A DNA stretch of 64,000 nt from Chrysomallon squamiferum (GCA_012295275.1 CM022678.1:3038001-3102000); one strand, 5' to 3'. Shown: positions 11,839-24,998, counted from the first letter of the stretch. Program-made: numbers and translations. The notes: generated by a model from the letters alone, not told the origin.

Positions 11839-14473
11839 GCACAATCTACATTGAACATGCTGGTAATTCTGGAAGACTAAGGCAGTTAATATTAGCTGGT
11901 AAGAGTGAGAGTTACATTGAAACAGGAGACAGTCAGGGTCTTCCAGACACAACTGATGACCTGATTCTCAGAGGTGGAGCCAAATTAAAACTGACAAAAC
12001 CATTCACTGTGAAGAATTTCATTGCTGATGGAAGTGCCACAGTCAAACTGGTCAATTCTAATTTCACTGTGGATAGATTTCAGTCTGCTGACAGAGGAAC
12101 ACAATGCAGTTTTGAAATTGATGCTGGATCCCATCTGAAATATAATGGAGACTTTCTGATTAGTGCTTCTCAACCTATTCTCAAACTTTCAGGTCAAATG
12201 ACTGTTAAGAGTTTGACCCTAGGACGCAATGCTGAAATGATTCTAGACTCTGACAAAATGAACACCGATGTAGTCCACTTGCAGGAGAATTCCAGGATTG
12301 TTTACAAAGAAGCAACATCATCAGACAGTCAGACTCTGAGCATTAAAAATCTGACTCTAGGATACCACAGTGTTCTTGAGTTTGAGAAACCAAATGTTAC
12401 CCTGCAAGCAGAATATCTTCAGATGATTTCCAAGTCAGAAATCACTAGTGTGTCCTCCATCAAAAACATCCATATCTCAGCTAAACATTTTACACTGCAA
12501 CAAGAGGCAGTGATTAACGTCACTGGAGGAGGAAGACTGGGCTCTGAGGCAAACAAGGGAGGAAGTTATGGAGGATATGGAGGTGGGGCTTCAGAACTTC
12601 CTTATGGATCAACTACAGAACCCAAAGACCTGGGAATAGGATCATCAAATCTGTCAGGAGGAGGAGCTATCTGGATTGAGTCAAGTGAGAGTTTGTTGGT
12701 AGATGGTGGACTGTCAGCTAATGGGCTGAGTGGTGATGATGGCTCAGGAAGTGGAGGTAGCATCCTGATACAAACTCCAATTCTAAAAGGTCATGGAATC
12801 ATAGAAGTCAATGGTGGACATTCTCTTACTGCTGGAGGTGGCAGTGGTGGCAGGATTGCAGTCCATGCCACCAGTTTCAGTTCTTTTCTAGGAAAACTTA
12901 CATCCTTTGGTGGTAAAGGGAATAGTACCGGAGCTTCGGGTACTGTGTATGTAAAGTCAGAAGATTCAGGTGGTGAAAAACACACCATCATTGCTGACAA
13001 TGGAATCTACACATCTTCACTGTATACAACAGTAACATGGAACACTCCTTCTACACCTATCATTTTAACTGTGAAAGGAAAATCATTTGTGAAGTTTTCT
13101 CTGCCAGAATCAACTACCCTTGTCATTGACAAAATTGATGGAGACTATTCAGGAGGAATTGCAATTCATAAAGGACAAAAGGTTAAAGTTGCTGCAGCAT
13201 ATGGAACACAGCATCCCTTTGCTCTCAAGTGTAAGCTGAAAATTCTAGAAGGATCTGTAGTTTCTCTTCCTGCCAAGCTGTTGCTGAAGGACTCTGAGGA
13301 AAAAGATTCTGATAATCTGTTAGTGGAAGGAACTGCTGTCGGTTTAAGGGAGTTGGTTGTGGCGCAAGGTGGGAAGGCTTCCTTCTCTCACAGCAGTCAG
13401 AGTGGAGTTGATGAAACTCATCTTAACAATCCTGGTGAACTGTTTCTTTCCAAGCTTACCATCACACACAATGGGTTGTTAACCCTCGGTAAAAATAAAC
13501 TTGACATCTTCAGACTCTCACTTTTGCAGAATATTAACATCCACTTTGGCGGAAAGCTGACAGCAAGACACCTGTCACTCAGCAGTCCAGCTCTGGACAT
13601 TGCTTATGGAGGAGAACTGAGTGTAAGTGAAGGTGGTCATTCTCCTGGTCAGGGAACTGGAGCAGGCAGAGAAGGATCAGGTGGATCTTATGGAGGGAGT
13701 GGAGGGCAGTCCAGTTCTGGGGCAGTTCCTGACAATCATATGTATGGAAAGTTGATAGGATCAGTGGAACTAGGATCAGGTGGAGGAATGGGATGGTGTT
13801 GGTGGGTATGGTGGAGGAATTCTTGAGACAGAGATAGAGGACTTCCTGCTGCATGGGACTGTCAGTGCTGATGGAGGAGCTGGATTAGATGGTGGAGGAG
13901 GAGGAAGTGGAGGTTCTCTGTTTATTCAAACAAAGACTCTCAAGGGTAATGGCATGATGCAAGCTGTTGGAGGTAGTTCTGGTGGTACAGGTGGTGGAGG
14001 TGGTGGTGGAAGAGTGACTGTGGTGGTAAAAGGTGACTACAACTATACTGGATCATTCAAAATCAGAGGTGGATCATCAAAAGTGATGGCAGGTGGATCA
14101 GGTATTTGCTACATACAAACTCTGAAAAACAACAACAAACACAGAGAACTGTTCTTCAGCAATGATGGAATCTCTGGAAAAGTGACAGCCAAAACTGTGC
14201 TCACTTATTCTGAATCTTCACAACTGTTTGTTGAGAAACTGCAAATCAAATCACAAGTAAATCTGGAAATTGCAACTCCTAACCTTGACTTTACAGCTAA
14301 GGAGATTGGTTGTGAAGGGTCCAGTATGATTTCAGTGAAGGACTCAGTTGTGTTCAGTGCTGATATTGACAAAGATGAAAGTCGACTCTTCTGCAGTTTT
14401 TCTGTCAGTGAAAATGCCGAGTTACGTCTGCCAAAGACTGTGGAGCTCCTAGGTGCAGGAAATGTATTTGATG
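11839..14473 (+). CDS. Exon 14 (2.6 kb; apparent frameshift near 13788)
   Basis: tcag|gcaca ... gatg|gtagg; ORFs 12009-13826 and 13780-14553 join across ggaatgggat. Confidence 0.87.
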
Positions 14474-14809
14474 GTAGGAAAGAATTTTTCTTCACATTTA
14501 AAAAAAAAAAATATATTTTTTTTCTCACAGTTAATTTAACTGAATCTTTATGAATGAAAGATATTTTGAAAATGTAAAATTTCATTTAATTATTTAATTT
14601 ATCTTAATTTAATTATTGACTTTTTATTTTATTTTATTTATTATATATAAATATATTTTTTTATTTTATTTTTTTTTTTTTTTTTAATTAATTAAACTAA
14701 TTTTTTTTTATTTATTTATTTTTATTTATTTTTTTATTTATTTTTTTTATTTTATTTTTTATTCTGCTTCTTCTTCTTTTTAAAACAAAAATACACTGTT
14801 TCTGTTCAG

Positions 14810-14936
14810 GCCTGCTGACAAATATCAGAGACATGGTGATATCTGCGAATCAACAAGCAGAATTCTCAGACAAGACAAAAACTGCTTTGTATCAAGATGG
14901 TCAGTATATGGTGAAGACGGAGCCAGGAGCTTACAG
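14810..14936 (+). CDS. Exon 15
   Basis: tcag|gcctg ... tacag|gtaga, phase 1/2. Confidence 0.85.
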
Positions 14937-15475
14937 GTAGATTTTGATTTTAAAACATTTATATATTTATTTTTAACAGGTAGATGAAAAATTATTTTTA
15001 AAGTAAATTTGTTGGGTAAAAGTTATTTTCAAAACTAAACTATCTGATTTTGACTTTCTATCTGTATAAATTTCACGTTTATATATAATGCTTAATGTTA
15101 ACTTTTTGGAAATCTATTTTTTAGATAGCAATTATTTTGAAAACTAAAATATTTCCTTTTGACAGTCTGTATGGGAAAGTTAAAAACTATATGTTTAATG
15201 CCTTCTGTTAATGAAATAACATTTTTGAAATGTATTTGTTGGATAAAATATTTAAAACTAAAATATTTAAGTATTTTCTTTATAGAAAAGATTGATAAGT
15301 ACAAAAATAATCTAATCCATGCCATAACTGTAGCCATTAACAACTTCATATTACTTTTAATCTTTTTTTATATGCTTTAATAACATCAACATTTTTAACA
15401 CAAAAACAATGCTCTTTGGATGAAACCACTGTTATTCTGAATCTTTGATGTATTTATTTATGCTTTCTCTAACAG

Positions 15476-15692
15476 ATTTGCCACATTCACCCTGAAAGAT
15501 CACGCCAGAGTAAAGTTCAAAGCTTCTGACAAAATACTCAACATAGGAACTTTGGAACTCCATTATGGAGCTGTTCTTTATGGAGAAAAACTAATCATTG
15601 AGAGTAATGAAATAATACTACACCCAGGGTCCAAGCTGAACCTCACTGGAGGGGGGTATGCACCAACAAAGGGGCCAGGTGCAGGGTACATG
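15476..15692 (+). CDS. Exon 16
   Basis: acag|attt ... atg|gtgag, phase 2/0; LNLTGGGYAPTKGPGAG. Confidence 0.87.
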
Positions 15693-16250
15693 GTGAGTGT
15701 TTGAATTTATTTTTATACTGGTTTGAATTTCTTGAAAATTTACACACACACTCATAATTTTTTTCCAGTTACTTTTCTTTACTTTTAATTATTTATTTGA
15801 GTATATTTTATATTTCTTTATTTATTTTAGTTCATCTGTTATTTATATATCTTCTTTTTTTTAAAAAAAAAAAAAACATTTATTTGTTACAATGTTTTAT
15901 GGTTTTTTTTTTATTTTTATATATCATTTTTTTTTCATAACTTGATTATCCAATTGTTTCTTTGTTTTTAAATTACTAAATTATTATTTTTTTTTATTAA
16001 AATGTACTTATTTATTTATTATTATCTATTTATTTGTTTGTTTGTCATGTTTGAAAATTGTTTGATTTTTGCATTTATTTGTAAAGTATATATATATGTA
16101 TGTATGTATGAATGTTTGTATGTATACATTTATAATGCGTGTGTATGTACATAGATAGAGAGATAAACATGCAGATAGATTACATATAGATATAAAACAG
16201 TTTTCTGTTTTTCAGTTACTGCTTAATTAAAACATTTTCTATTTTCTCAG

Positions 16251-16484
16251 ATTTCTGACATTGCCACAGGGGCAGGCTATGCTTCTCATGGTGGCTATCT
16301 GAAGAGTTCTACAAGCAATGGTGGAAAATTTTATGGTTTTACCCGAAATCCTAGCGATCCAGGCAGTGGGGGAGGTAACTCTAGTGAAGGTCCAGGTGGT
16401 GCTGGTGGTGGTCTCCTTGACCTTAAGGTTGCCTTCACTTTATTGGTGGATGGAGAAATCAGAACTGATGGGCAGAATGCAATG
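16251..16484 (+). CDS. Exon 17
   Basis: tcag|att ... atg|gtatg, phase 0/0; YGFTRNPSDPGSGGG. Confidence 0.87.
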
Positions 16485-16789
16485 GTATGGAATAATGTCA
16501 TAATGTTTTTTTTTTGTTTTTTCTTTAATGTTTCTTTGTGTTTTACTGGGCTTTTTTAAATTTAAAAAATTTTTCATAATAATAAACTTTTTTAGGAATT
16601 AAATGCTGTGTTAAATGTAATAAAATAAAAAATAATTAATTTGTCTCTATTTTTCCTTATCTGTCTCTCTTTCCTTCACACACACACACACATACACATG
16701 CACCCACATCTTATTGCAGTTAATAAATTATACTACAAAAAAGAGATACAATTATTCATAATAAAACTATGATATTAAATATATTCTAG

Positions 16790-16941
16790 GCGGTGGATGC
16801 TGGTGGGGGAAGCGGTGGGACTGTTCTTATAGACACACTTGACTTGAAAGGGCATGGAATCATTTCTGCAAATGGTGGATCTGGGTGGGGCAAAGGAGGT
16901 GGAGGGTCTGGTGGAAGAATGAGAATACAAGTAGGAAACAG
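16790..16941 (+). CDS. Exon 18
   Basis: ctag|gcg ... aacag|gtatt, phase 0/2; GGGSGGTVL, GGGSGGRMRI. Confidence 0.87.
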
Positions 16942-17344
16942 GTATTTCATGTTTCTTCTCCTGAATCATTAACAACAAACAGTTCATTGTGTCATGGTTA
17001 TTCTGTTAAATACTTAACAGAAAGTTATTTTAGTATCTTTTCATATTTATAACTTACAATTTAAGTGGCAAATATATTGCAGGTTTTAAACTATTGATTT
17101 TTTTTAAAGTATTTTATTTATTGTCTGAATCTAAGTCTTTTACATTGCTTTTTTGTAACGATGGATTAGGTTGTAGCATCAGTTTCTTTATCATTTTCCT
17201 ATTATGGATTCAAAATGGATGTAGTGAAATGATACATATTAACAATATAATCTAAGTAACTAGAGTTGGATGTGAAGAAGACCTCTAAACCATTTAATAT
17301 TATTTTAAATCTTTTTCTACCTGGAAATTAAAATCATATTCCAG

Positions 17345-17577
17345 ATACACATACTCAGGTAAGCTGACAGCATTTGGTGGTGGCAACAACAATAATGAAG
17401 TTTCATACTATGCTGGACCAGGAACAGTGTACATCAGAGACAATGCACTGAAAGGTGCTGCTGCGGGAAACAGCCTCATCATCGAGGGTAACATTGATGA
17501 ACCATTGCAAGACCAAACAAGAACTCAAGTAACAGACAGTCAAGACAACTTTAGTTATGACACAGTCACTATCAAAG
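17345..17577 (+). CDS. Exon 19
   Basis: ccag|atac ... aaag|gtaat, phase 2/1; AGPGTVY. Confidence 0.86.
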
Positions 17578-17785
17578 GTAATTTCAGCAATTAGTGTCAC
17601 TAGTTACCACATTTTTAGCTACATCACTGTTACTATCACTACTTAGACAGTTTTCAACTTTGTAACTATCACTATTCAACATTGATTTCAGCTGTGTCAC
17701 TGTCACTATTTAACATTGTTTTCAGCTGTATTAGTGTCACTCTCAGTATCATTATTTAGCACATATAATTTTATTTTTTTTGTAG

Positions 17786-20700
17786 GATTTGCTAGGGTAG
17801 AGTATGGAACAGAAAATGACAAACAAGAACTGAAGGTGAAGAAATTTATAGGAGACAAAACTGGATGGCTTTATGTTCGCAAAAGCCAGACACTCCGAGC
17901 AGAAATCATTGAGGGAATGCAGACAACATTGACAACATCAGTCAACCTTGATGTGGACCACACCGGTGTTCTGCATGTCCCACTCAACATGACAGTGGCT
18001 GGGACACAACTGGTTCTTGGAGGACTGGTTACATTTAAAAACCTCATCGCAGAACAAGGTGGTGTGATAAAGCTGAAGATGACATCGCAGACAGGGTCTT
18101 TTCAAAGTGGTAAATATGTTTCCAGTAGCAAACCAGGCTGTTACCTCCTGAGCTCGATGACGTTAAAACATGGAACCAAGTTTGAACCCGAGTCTGATCT
18201 GTGCCTGCAGATAGGAAAGCTGGAGATGAAAAGGTTTATTGTTCTTAAGGCTCATGAGATTAACATCACAGCTGGGACTGTGCTCCTGAAGCGCGGAGCT
18301 CAACTTGATGTGTCTGGAATGGGAAAAATAGAAAACGTTCCCACAGCTCTGGCTAATGGAAAAACAGGTCATGGTGGTGCCCATGCTAGTGAAGGAGGTG
18401 TAGGGAAAGGAATTAGTTCAAAAGATGCTGCTGTTCCTTTTGGATCCATCTACGATCCAGTCAATCCAGGAGGATGGGCAGCAGGATCAGTTCCTGGAGG
18501 TGGTGTCATCACCATAACAACAGATGAGTTGGTTCTAGATGGAATTCTCAGTGCTGATGGTGAAGGAAAAGATGAAGGAGGTGGTGCTGGTGGAAGTATT
18601 TTTGTCAAGTGTGGTGACAGTCTTACAGGATTTGGATTGATGAGTGCCAAGGGAGGAGATACATCTTTGTCAAGTTCGGGTGCTGGAAGTGGAGGAAGAA
18701 TAGCCGTACTGACAAAAAAGACTCTGTACACAGGAAAGTTCAAGGCAAATGGTGGATCTTCACCAGCAGAAAATGGACGAGCAGGTCCAGGTTCTGTTTA
18801 CTTGAAGGTGGGACTTGATGATGATGTGACTGAAACACTGACAGTTGATAACGAAAACAAACAGCAGGTTTTCTACCTGACACTTGATGAGAAAGAAAAT
18901 GACTTGTCTTTTAATGTACTCAATATTTACAACTATGCCAAGCTGCAGCTCAAAGAGTCAGGACTCACCAAGAAAACACTGACTATAAAGAAAGTTAAAG
19001 GAGATGGGACAGGATTGTTGAGAATGAGAGCACTGCAGAAAGGAATGCTAGAACGGCTCCGGTATGGAAATCTAACCAGTTCAAAACTGGAAATTAATCT
19101 CGAACTGCACAGTGGAGGAGAATTCATCTTGTCTGAAACGACCACAATTCTCGGAAAGGCACCAACAGCACTTGATTTAAATGGAGTCCTCCGGGGAGTG
19201 GTGAACATGATTGTAGGTCCAGGAAGACACGTTAGAATTGGTGAGCATGCATCGATTGTTCCAATGAAGGAGACAGAACAAACCAGACAAACATCAGTAA
19301 CATTTGGAATGCTTCAGATGGATCCTCAGAGTTCCATAGACTATGACTCTGACACAGGAGCGCAGATGATGGTTGGAGAGCTTAATCTTAAGTTCAGCTC
19401 ATCTATCAAGGCAGACTTCTTTAACATTTCTTGTGCTAAACTTGATCTGGAACTGGAAGCTGTTCTTTCCAGTTCTGCAGCAGATAGATCTAACTCATCA
19501 ACAATGGATTCAACAAAAGGATCCCCTGCATGTCCCAGCACAGCTTCAACCTGTCCTGGAGCAGGCCACGGTGGACCAGGAGGTGGGAGTGATGGAGGAC
19601 AACACTACGGCTCAGCTTTACAACCCACATGAATCAGGCAGCAGAGTGAGCAGTAGAGGAGGAAGAGGAGGAGGCTGGATTAAACTCAATATTGGCTACA
19701 AGATCATCAATGATGGTGAGATTTGTGTCAGTGGCAGTTCATCTGACCTTGGTGGTGGAAGTGGTGGAAGTATCCTTATCAGTACATACTTCATTGATGG
19801 GTACGGGAAATTCACCAGTGTTGGTGGAGATTCTAAAGGAGGTAAAGGAGCTGGTGCTGGAGGTAGGATAGCTGTGTACATGAAAACTGAGAACCTTTTT
19901 GGAGGATCATTTTCTGCTTTTGGTGGGAAAGGAAAATCCCTGACGGAAGGAGCATCTGCAGGCACAATTTACTTGGAAGATGTTTTAAGAGGATTCAAAC
20001 AAAAAAGACTTATAATAGATAATAACTATGGACCTGTAACAAAATTAGCCACCATAGAAGAGACAGATAAACATGAATTCAGTTTTGAAGAAGTTCAAGT
20101 ATTGAGAAACGGGGGTCTACATTTCCTGCACAGTAATGGTGATATTAAAATCCACATGAAGGTTCTCACTGGTGACAGGTCAGGACTGATACATCTTCAT
20201 CCTAGACAGAAGCTGACAGCTGAATATGAAGAATCTAAAATAAAAGCTTTCACAACTGGAATAAATTTCATTGTTGATGAAAATTCTGAAGTACTTCTTC
20301 CACAAATATTCTACGTCTATGGTCGTGGTATCCATCTAGATGAGCACCAAGACCAATCTGTACAGTGGTATGGGCGTGTCACTGCTGTGTCATCTCTCAT
20401 TGTGGGACAACATAGTTCTGTGTATCTCGGCTCAAAGGCACACACTGCAATGCTTCAGAATGGTTCCTACATTTACAAAGATAATGAGGGTTCCATCAGG
20501 CTGGGAGAATTAGATCTTCGAGGCAGTTCTGCTTTGGAATATGCTGCTGATGTCACAATGAAAGCAAGTATTGGTCTAGTTGACATTCGTTACCTGGCTG
20601 TACTTTCTGCAGAGAGCCTGGCCCTTAAAGCTAGTTATCTGAATGTTGAAGCTGGAGCCAAGATAACGACATCTCCTCTTGATCGTCCTTTAGACACTCT

Positions 20701-21782
20701 GGACTCCGCTACTGGTTCTGGAACATCTGTGAATTCATCCTGCTGTGGATCTGGTGCAGGACATGCCAGTCATGGTGGAGGGCACCATGCAAATGACAAA
20801 TCATCCATATTAGAAGGAGGCAGATACTTTGGTAGTTTATACAAACCAAAAGACAGGGGAAGTTCTGGAGGACGTAGTTCAGCAGGAACAGGGGGCAATG
20901 GAGGTGGTGCAGTGAATTTGGAGATAGGGAGGAGGATATTAGTTGATGGTGAAGTGACAGCTAAAGCAGGAGATGGAGCTACATCAGCAGGAGGTGGCTC
21001 TGGAGGGAGCATCTATCTGAGGACATCACAGCTGGAAGGATATGGATCTCTTAATGTTGAAGGAGGCAGAGGTTATTGTGGAGGGTCTGGAGGTAGAATA
21101 GCAATGTATGTTACAAAAGAGAATAACTTCAAGGGTAAATTTGAAACTGAAGGAGGATCAGGAACAGGACTTTATAAATCCAGTGGAGGACCGGGTGTAG
21201 TGTATATTGAAGAACAAAGATTTGGATACAGCTACAATAAACTCTATCTAACCAATGGAGGCAAACACTGGGATCAGTACTATACACTGGATGAACCTAA
21301 TAAAACTAGTTACACCTTTAACGAGGTTCACCTGAACAAGAATTCCTCACTGCAGATGACTGATACAACTGAAAAAAATGTTCTGAGAATTAATAGAATT
21401 TATGGAGATCGATCAGGAAGACTTCATTTGCATTCAGGTCACACAGTCTATGTTGAAAATGACCTGCTTGTCACAAAAAACCCCTGTCAACATCTGGATA
21501 GATGTTGGAGCAAAGGTCTACCTCTCATCTCTTGTGTACATTCTTGGTGAGGGAGAAATAGCTCTTCTGTGGAAGGGAGAGATCATTGGTGTTCGTCACA
21601 TGAGAATTATTCCAGGAAGGACAATATCATTTGGCAGTGTAGCTCAAACAAGTTTCATTGAAAATAACACATATGTTGCAGGACAACCTGGGTGGTTCAA
21701 GTTCTCCAGTTTTGAGCTTGGTTCTAGATCTTCTCTCAGTCTTCCCCCACCTCAAGGACTTCGACTAACAACTGGACTGCTG
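17786..21782 (+). CDS. Exon 20 (4.0 kb; apparent frameshifts near 19625 and 21478)
   Basis: gtag|gattt ... ctg|gtagg; ORFs 17716-19632, 19373-21550 and 21402-21845 join via two +1 shifts and restore the expected end phase 0. Confidence 0.87.
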
Positions 21783-22449
21783 GTAGGGCTTTCTGTTTTC
21801 TTAAAGTATTTTGATGTTTTTATAAATGAAGAGTTAACATATTAACAACATTACAAATATTATATTAATACCAGCATATATGTGTGATAATACAGAAATT
21901 TAAGAAAAAGATGGATATTTATAATTTGTAGAATGAATGAATAATCAAATAACAACAATTCAACTAGGTTTATTAATGTTAACACTTGCTATATTTTTGT
22001 GTGTGTGTGTGTGTGTGTGTATGTGTGTGTGTGCATGTGTGTGTGTGTCTGTGTGTGTGTGTCAGTGTGTGTGTGTGTGTCTGTGTGTCTCAATACAATT
22101 TTATTATGCTTTCAAAATATGTGGACTTTATTAGTTTTGGAATAAACAAACAAATATTTGTTTAACTTATTAGGTACTTTTCGACTTGCTCTCCATCTTT
22201 ATTCATTGCTTTAGTAATGAGACTGCTTCACCAGTCACAATATACCAAGCTATAACAGAACATCTGGTTTATTTTATCATGTTTCCACTTGTCTTTTGTG
22301 ATATTGTCTGGATCTATCACAAAGCAGAACCAGAAAATTCACCTTTAACCGAATGTTTCCTTTCTTTCATTTTCTAGGATTTCAAATATTTTTCCACGTT
22401 CACATCTGAAAATATGCTAACTGAAACATGTCTTTCTTTCATTTTCCAG

Positions 22450-22615
22450 GATTTCAAATATTCATCCACGTTCACATCTGAAAGTATGGTGATTGAGACA
22501 TCAAATCTGATTCTTGAACCCCTGGCCAAACTGATCTGCTCTGCACTTGTGGAGAAAGGTCCTGGAATGCCAACAGCAGCAGGAGCAGGAGCTGGGCATG
22601 CAACTGTGGGAGGAT
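22450..22615 (+). CDS. Exon 21 (alternative in-frame acceptor at 22378)
   Basis: ccag|gat ... ggat|gtgag, phase 0/1; GAGAGHATVGG. Confidence 0.85.
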
Positions 22616-22633
22616 GTGAGTAAATAAGAGTTA

Positions 22634-22925
22634 CAGGTTGAGGATCCAATATCTGAAAATTCAGAATTCCAAAAACCACTGAAATTCAAAATGTTTCTGG
22701 AGCAGCAAAAATAGTGATATTTTAGAGTTTTCAGATTGTTTTGCAGAAACTTTATATTATGCACAAATTTTCAAAAAAGTATTGTGTAAAAAATACTATA
22801 TAAGCCCTATATAATATAAATGGAATTATATTTAGACTTAGATTCATTTCTCATGCTATGTCTTTAGATTCTAAAATCTCAGATATTTCCAGTCCCAAGA
22901 ATTTTGGATAAAGGATTTTTATCAG
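22634..22925 (+). mobile_element. Degenerate Tigger4/MER46-like MITE
   Basis: Starts ta|CAGGTTGAGGATCC and ends ...GTCCCAAGAATTTTGGATAAAGGAT. Both ends and the internal atgcacaaa...tttagactt segment resemble the MER46/Tigger4 consensus as I recall it (not aligned). Confidence 0.55.
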
Positions 22926-23140
22926 CAATTCTTTTGTACATTTGTTAAACTGATTGTAAATGTACTATGTTTATAATGATAATTTACCTACCCATTTTAA
23001 TTTTTTTTATTTATTTATCATATTCTTAAAAACAGAATATAACAGGTAGAATGAGTTATCTGTAATAAAAACATATAATAATTTAAAACTGTATATAAAT
23101 TGAAGAAAATGAAAATATTCTCACAAATTCTTATTTTCAG

Positions 23141-23371
23141 ATGCCAATGATAAATCTGTTGGAGGAAAATCATACAATTCTTTATACAGACCAACATCCC
23201 GTGGCAGTCAGGGTGGCCATGGCAACAGTGGTCAGGGAGGATTAGGAGGGGGATTAGTCAGGATTACTGTGGGATCTCAGTTTCTGCTTGATGGCCATGT
23301 TCTGGTTGATGGTGGGAATGGTCAAGGTGGTAGTGGTGGTGGTAGTGGAGGTTCTGTGTGGATCATAGTTG
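23141..23371 (+). CDS. Exon 22
   Basis: tcag|atgcc ... gttg|gtaag, phase 1/1; YNSLYRPTSRGSQGG, GGGSGGSVW. Confidence 0.88.
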
Positions 23372-23494
23372 GTAAGTGAGAACTGTTGCAGTTAACATGG
23401 CAGTTAACTGGAAGCAGAGTCTGTGTTTCTAATTATGTCATGGAATTCTTTTTTTTACTTGTTATAAGACATATTGTATCATGTAGAATTTGTT

Positions 23495-23595
23495 GGTAGA
23501 ATATAGTTCATTGGTTAGAATACTCATCTGACATGTCACATGTCACTGGATCTATTCTTCTTGGTGTAGCTACTGGGCTTTTTCCCATTCCTGTG
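23495..23595 (+). mobile_element. Degenerate tRNA-derived SINE head fragment
   Basis: A-box-like tagttcattggttaga and B-box-like ggatctattc, followed by gggctttttcccattcc. Confidence 0.4.
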
Positions 23596-23780
23596 ATTGT
23601 TCTGCAGTTAATATTTCTAACATCATGACATATTTTTCAGGTATATGAGAATAAATTCCAACTATTGCTTCATCTTTCGTGGTTTATCCCTTTATATCAA
23701 AATGGGTGCATTTTGGTGGCTAGTTTGCCCTGAAATATCTTAACTAATATTTTGGCATCTCTGGAATATTGCAGTCTCTA

Positions 23781-23905
23781 AATTCTGGGAATATTTCTAA
23801 TCTTAAATTCCTTGAATATTATTAATCTTAAATTCTGAGAATATTTCTAATCTTAAATTCTGGGAATATTACTAATCTTAAACTCTGGGAATATTGGTAA
23901 CCTTA
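23781..23905. repeat. 25-bp minisatellite, 5 copies
   Basis: Unit aattctgggaatatttctaatctta at 23781, 23806, 23831, 23856, 23881. Confidence 0.9.
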
Positions 23906-23989
23906 AATTGCAGAAGCTATGTTATAAATATTAAATTCTATATCTTTACAAATCCAGCTAGAAACAAAATATATAATGCATCATTTCAG

Positions 23990-24351
23990 GTGATTTCCGA
24001 GGTCATGGTATGATAAGATCTGTCGGAGGTCAAGGTTCAGGAGTTGCAGGGGGTGGGGCTGGAGGTCGAATTGCCATCCAGGCACGGTACTCCAATGACT
24101 TCCTAGGTCATCTACATGCTTTTGGTCAGGGTGGATCCACATCAGGAGATAGGGGAGGTCCTGGTACCATTTTCTTTGAAGAAAAAATTGCAGAGCGAAT
24201 TTGGCAAACAAGACTTTATATTGATGGAAAGATGACAAATCCACCAAAGCCAGTTGTGATTTCCGAAAAGAATCCAAGAGTTGTCGAAGAGAATTTGACT
24301 AATTACAATATGGCTGACGTGGAATTTGATCATGTGTTACTGCAAAATATG
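23990..24351 (+). CDS. Exon 23
   Basis: tcag|gtgat ... atg|gtaat, phase 1/0; GGGAGGRIAI, GGPGTIF. Confidence 0.9.
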
Positions 24352-24416
24352 GTAATCTTTTATTTTGTTTTTTATTTTTATTTTTTTGTATTTATTTTCA
24401 TCATCAATATTATTAC

Positions 24417-24447
<31 letters not shown>

Positions 24448-24658
24448 TTATTTTTTTATTTTATTTTATATTGTTTTATATAATCATTATTATTTTTTTA
24501 TAATTATATACATATTTATAGTTCATTATTTATTTTTCATTTCATATTTTTAATTAAATATATAATTTTTATTCATTCATTCATTTATCAATCAGTCTTT
24601 TTGTCTGTTTATTTACTTATTTATTTACTTGTTTATTTCTTTGTTTATTTACTTTTAG

Positions 24659-24998
24659 GCACAACTTGAGCTTCCTCAGAACAACAACAACATCAAAAGC
24701 ATCAACATTGGGACAAGTTTTGGTGATAAAACAGGAATTCTTCACATTCAAAATGGACACACCTTCTTCCTGTCACATGACATATACTCACCTGTCAGTG
24801 CTTCTCCACCTTTAAACTTCATTCTGGAAGAAGGTGGAACACTAGAAGGTCCGGTAGAACTACGGTTGATCGGTTTACTTCAACCAGCTGCTTTGGTCTG
24901 GAAGGGGCATGTCAGTGGAGTGTACAACTTGACAGTTGAAACCAGGAGACAGATTCACATGGGCAGACAAGCAACCAATCAGCTGAAAGAAAAGGGAG
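24659..24998 (+). CDS. Exon 24
   Basis: ttag|gca ... ggag|gtaag, phase 0/1; GDKTGILHI. Confidence 0.88.

Noticed and set aside
19630-19632. In-frame TGA as selenocysteine or readthrough
   Set aside because: Homology continues in a different frame, so this is a frameshift rather than a recoded stop.
23781-23905. CRISPR-like array
   Set aside because: Head-to-tail repeats with no spacers in a eukaryotic intron.
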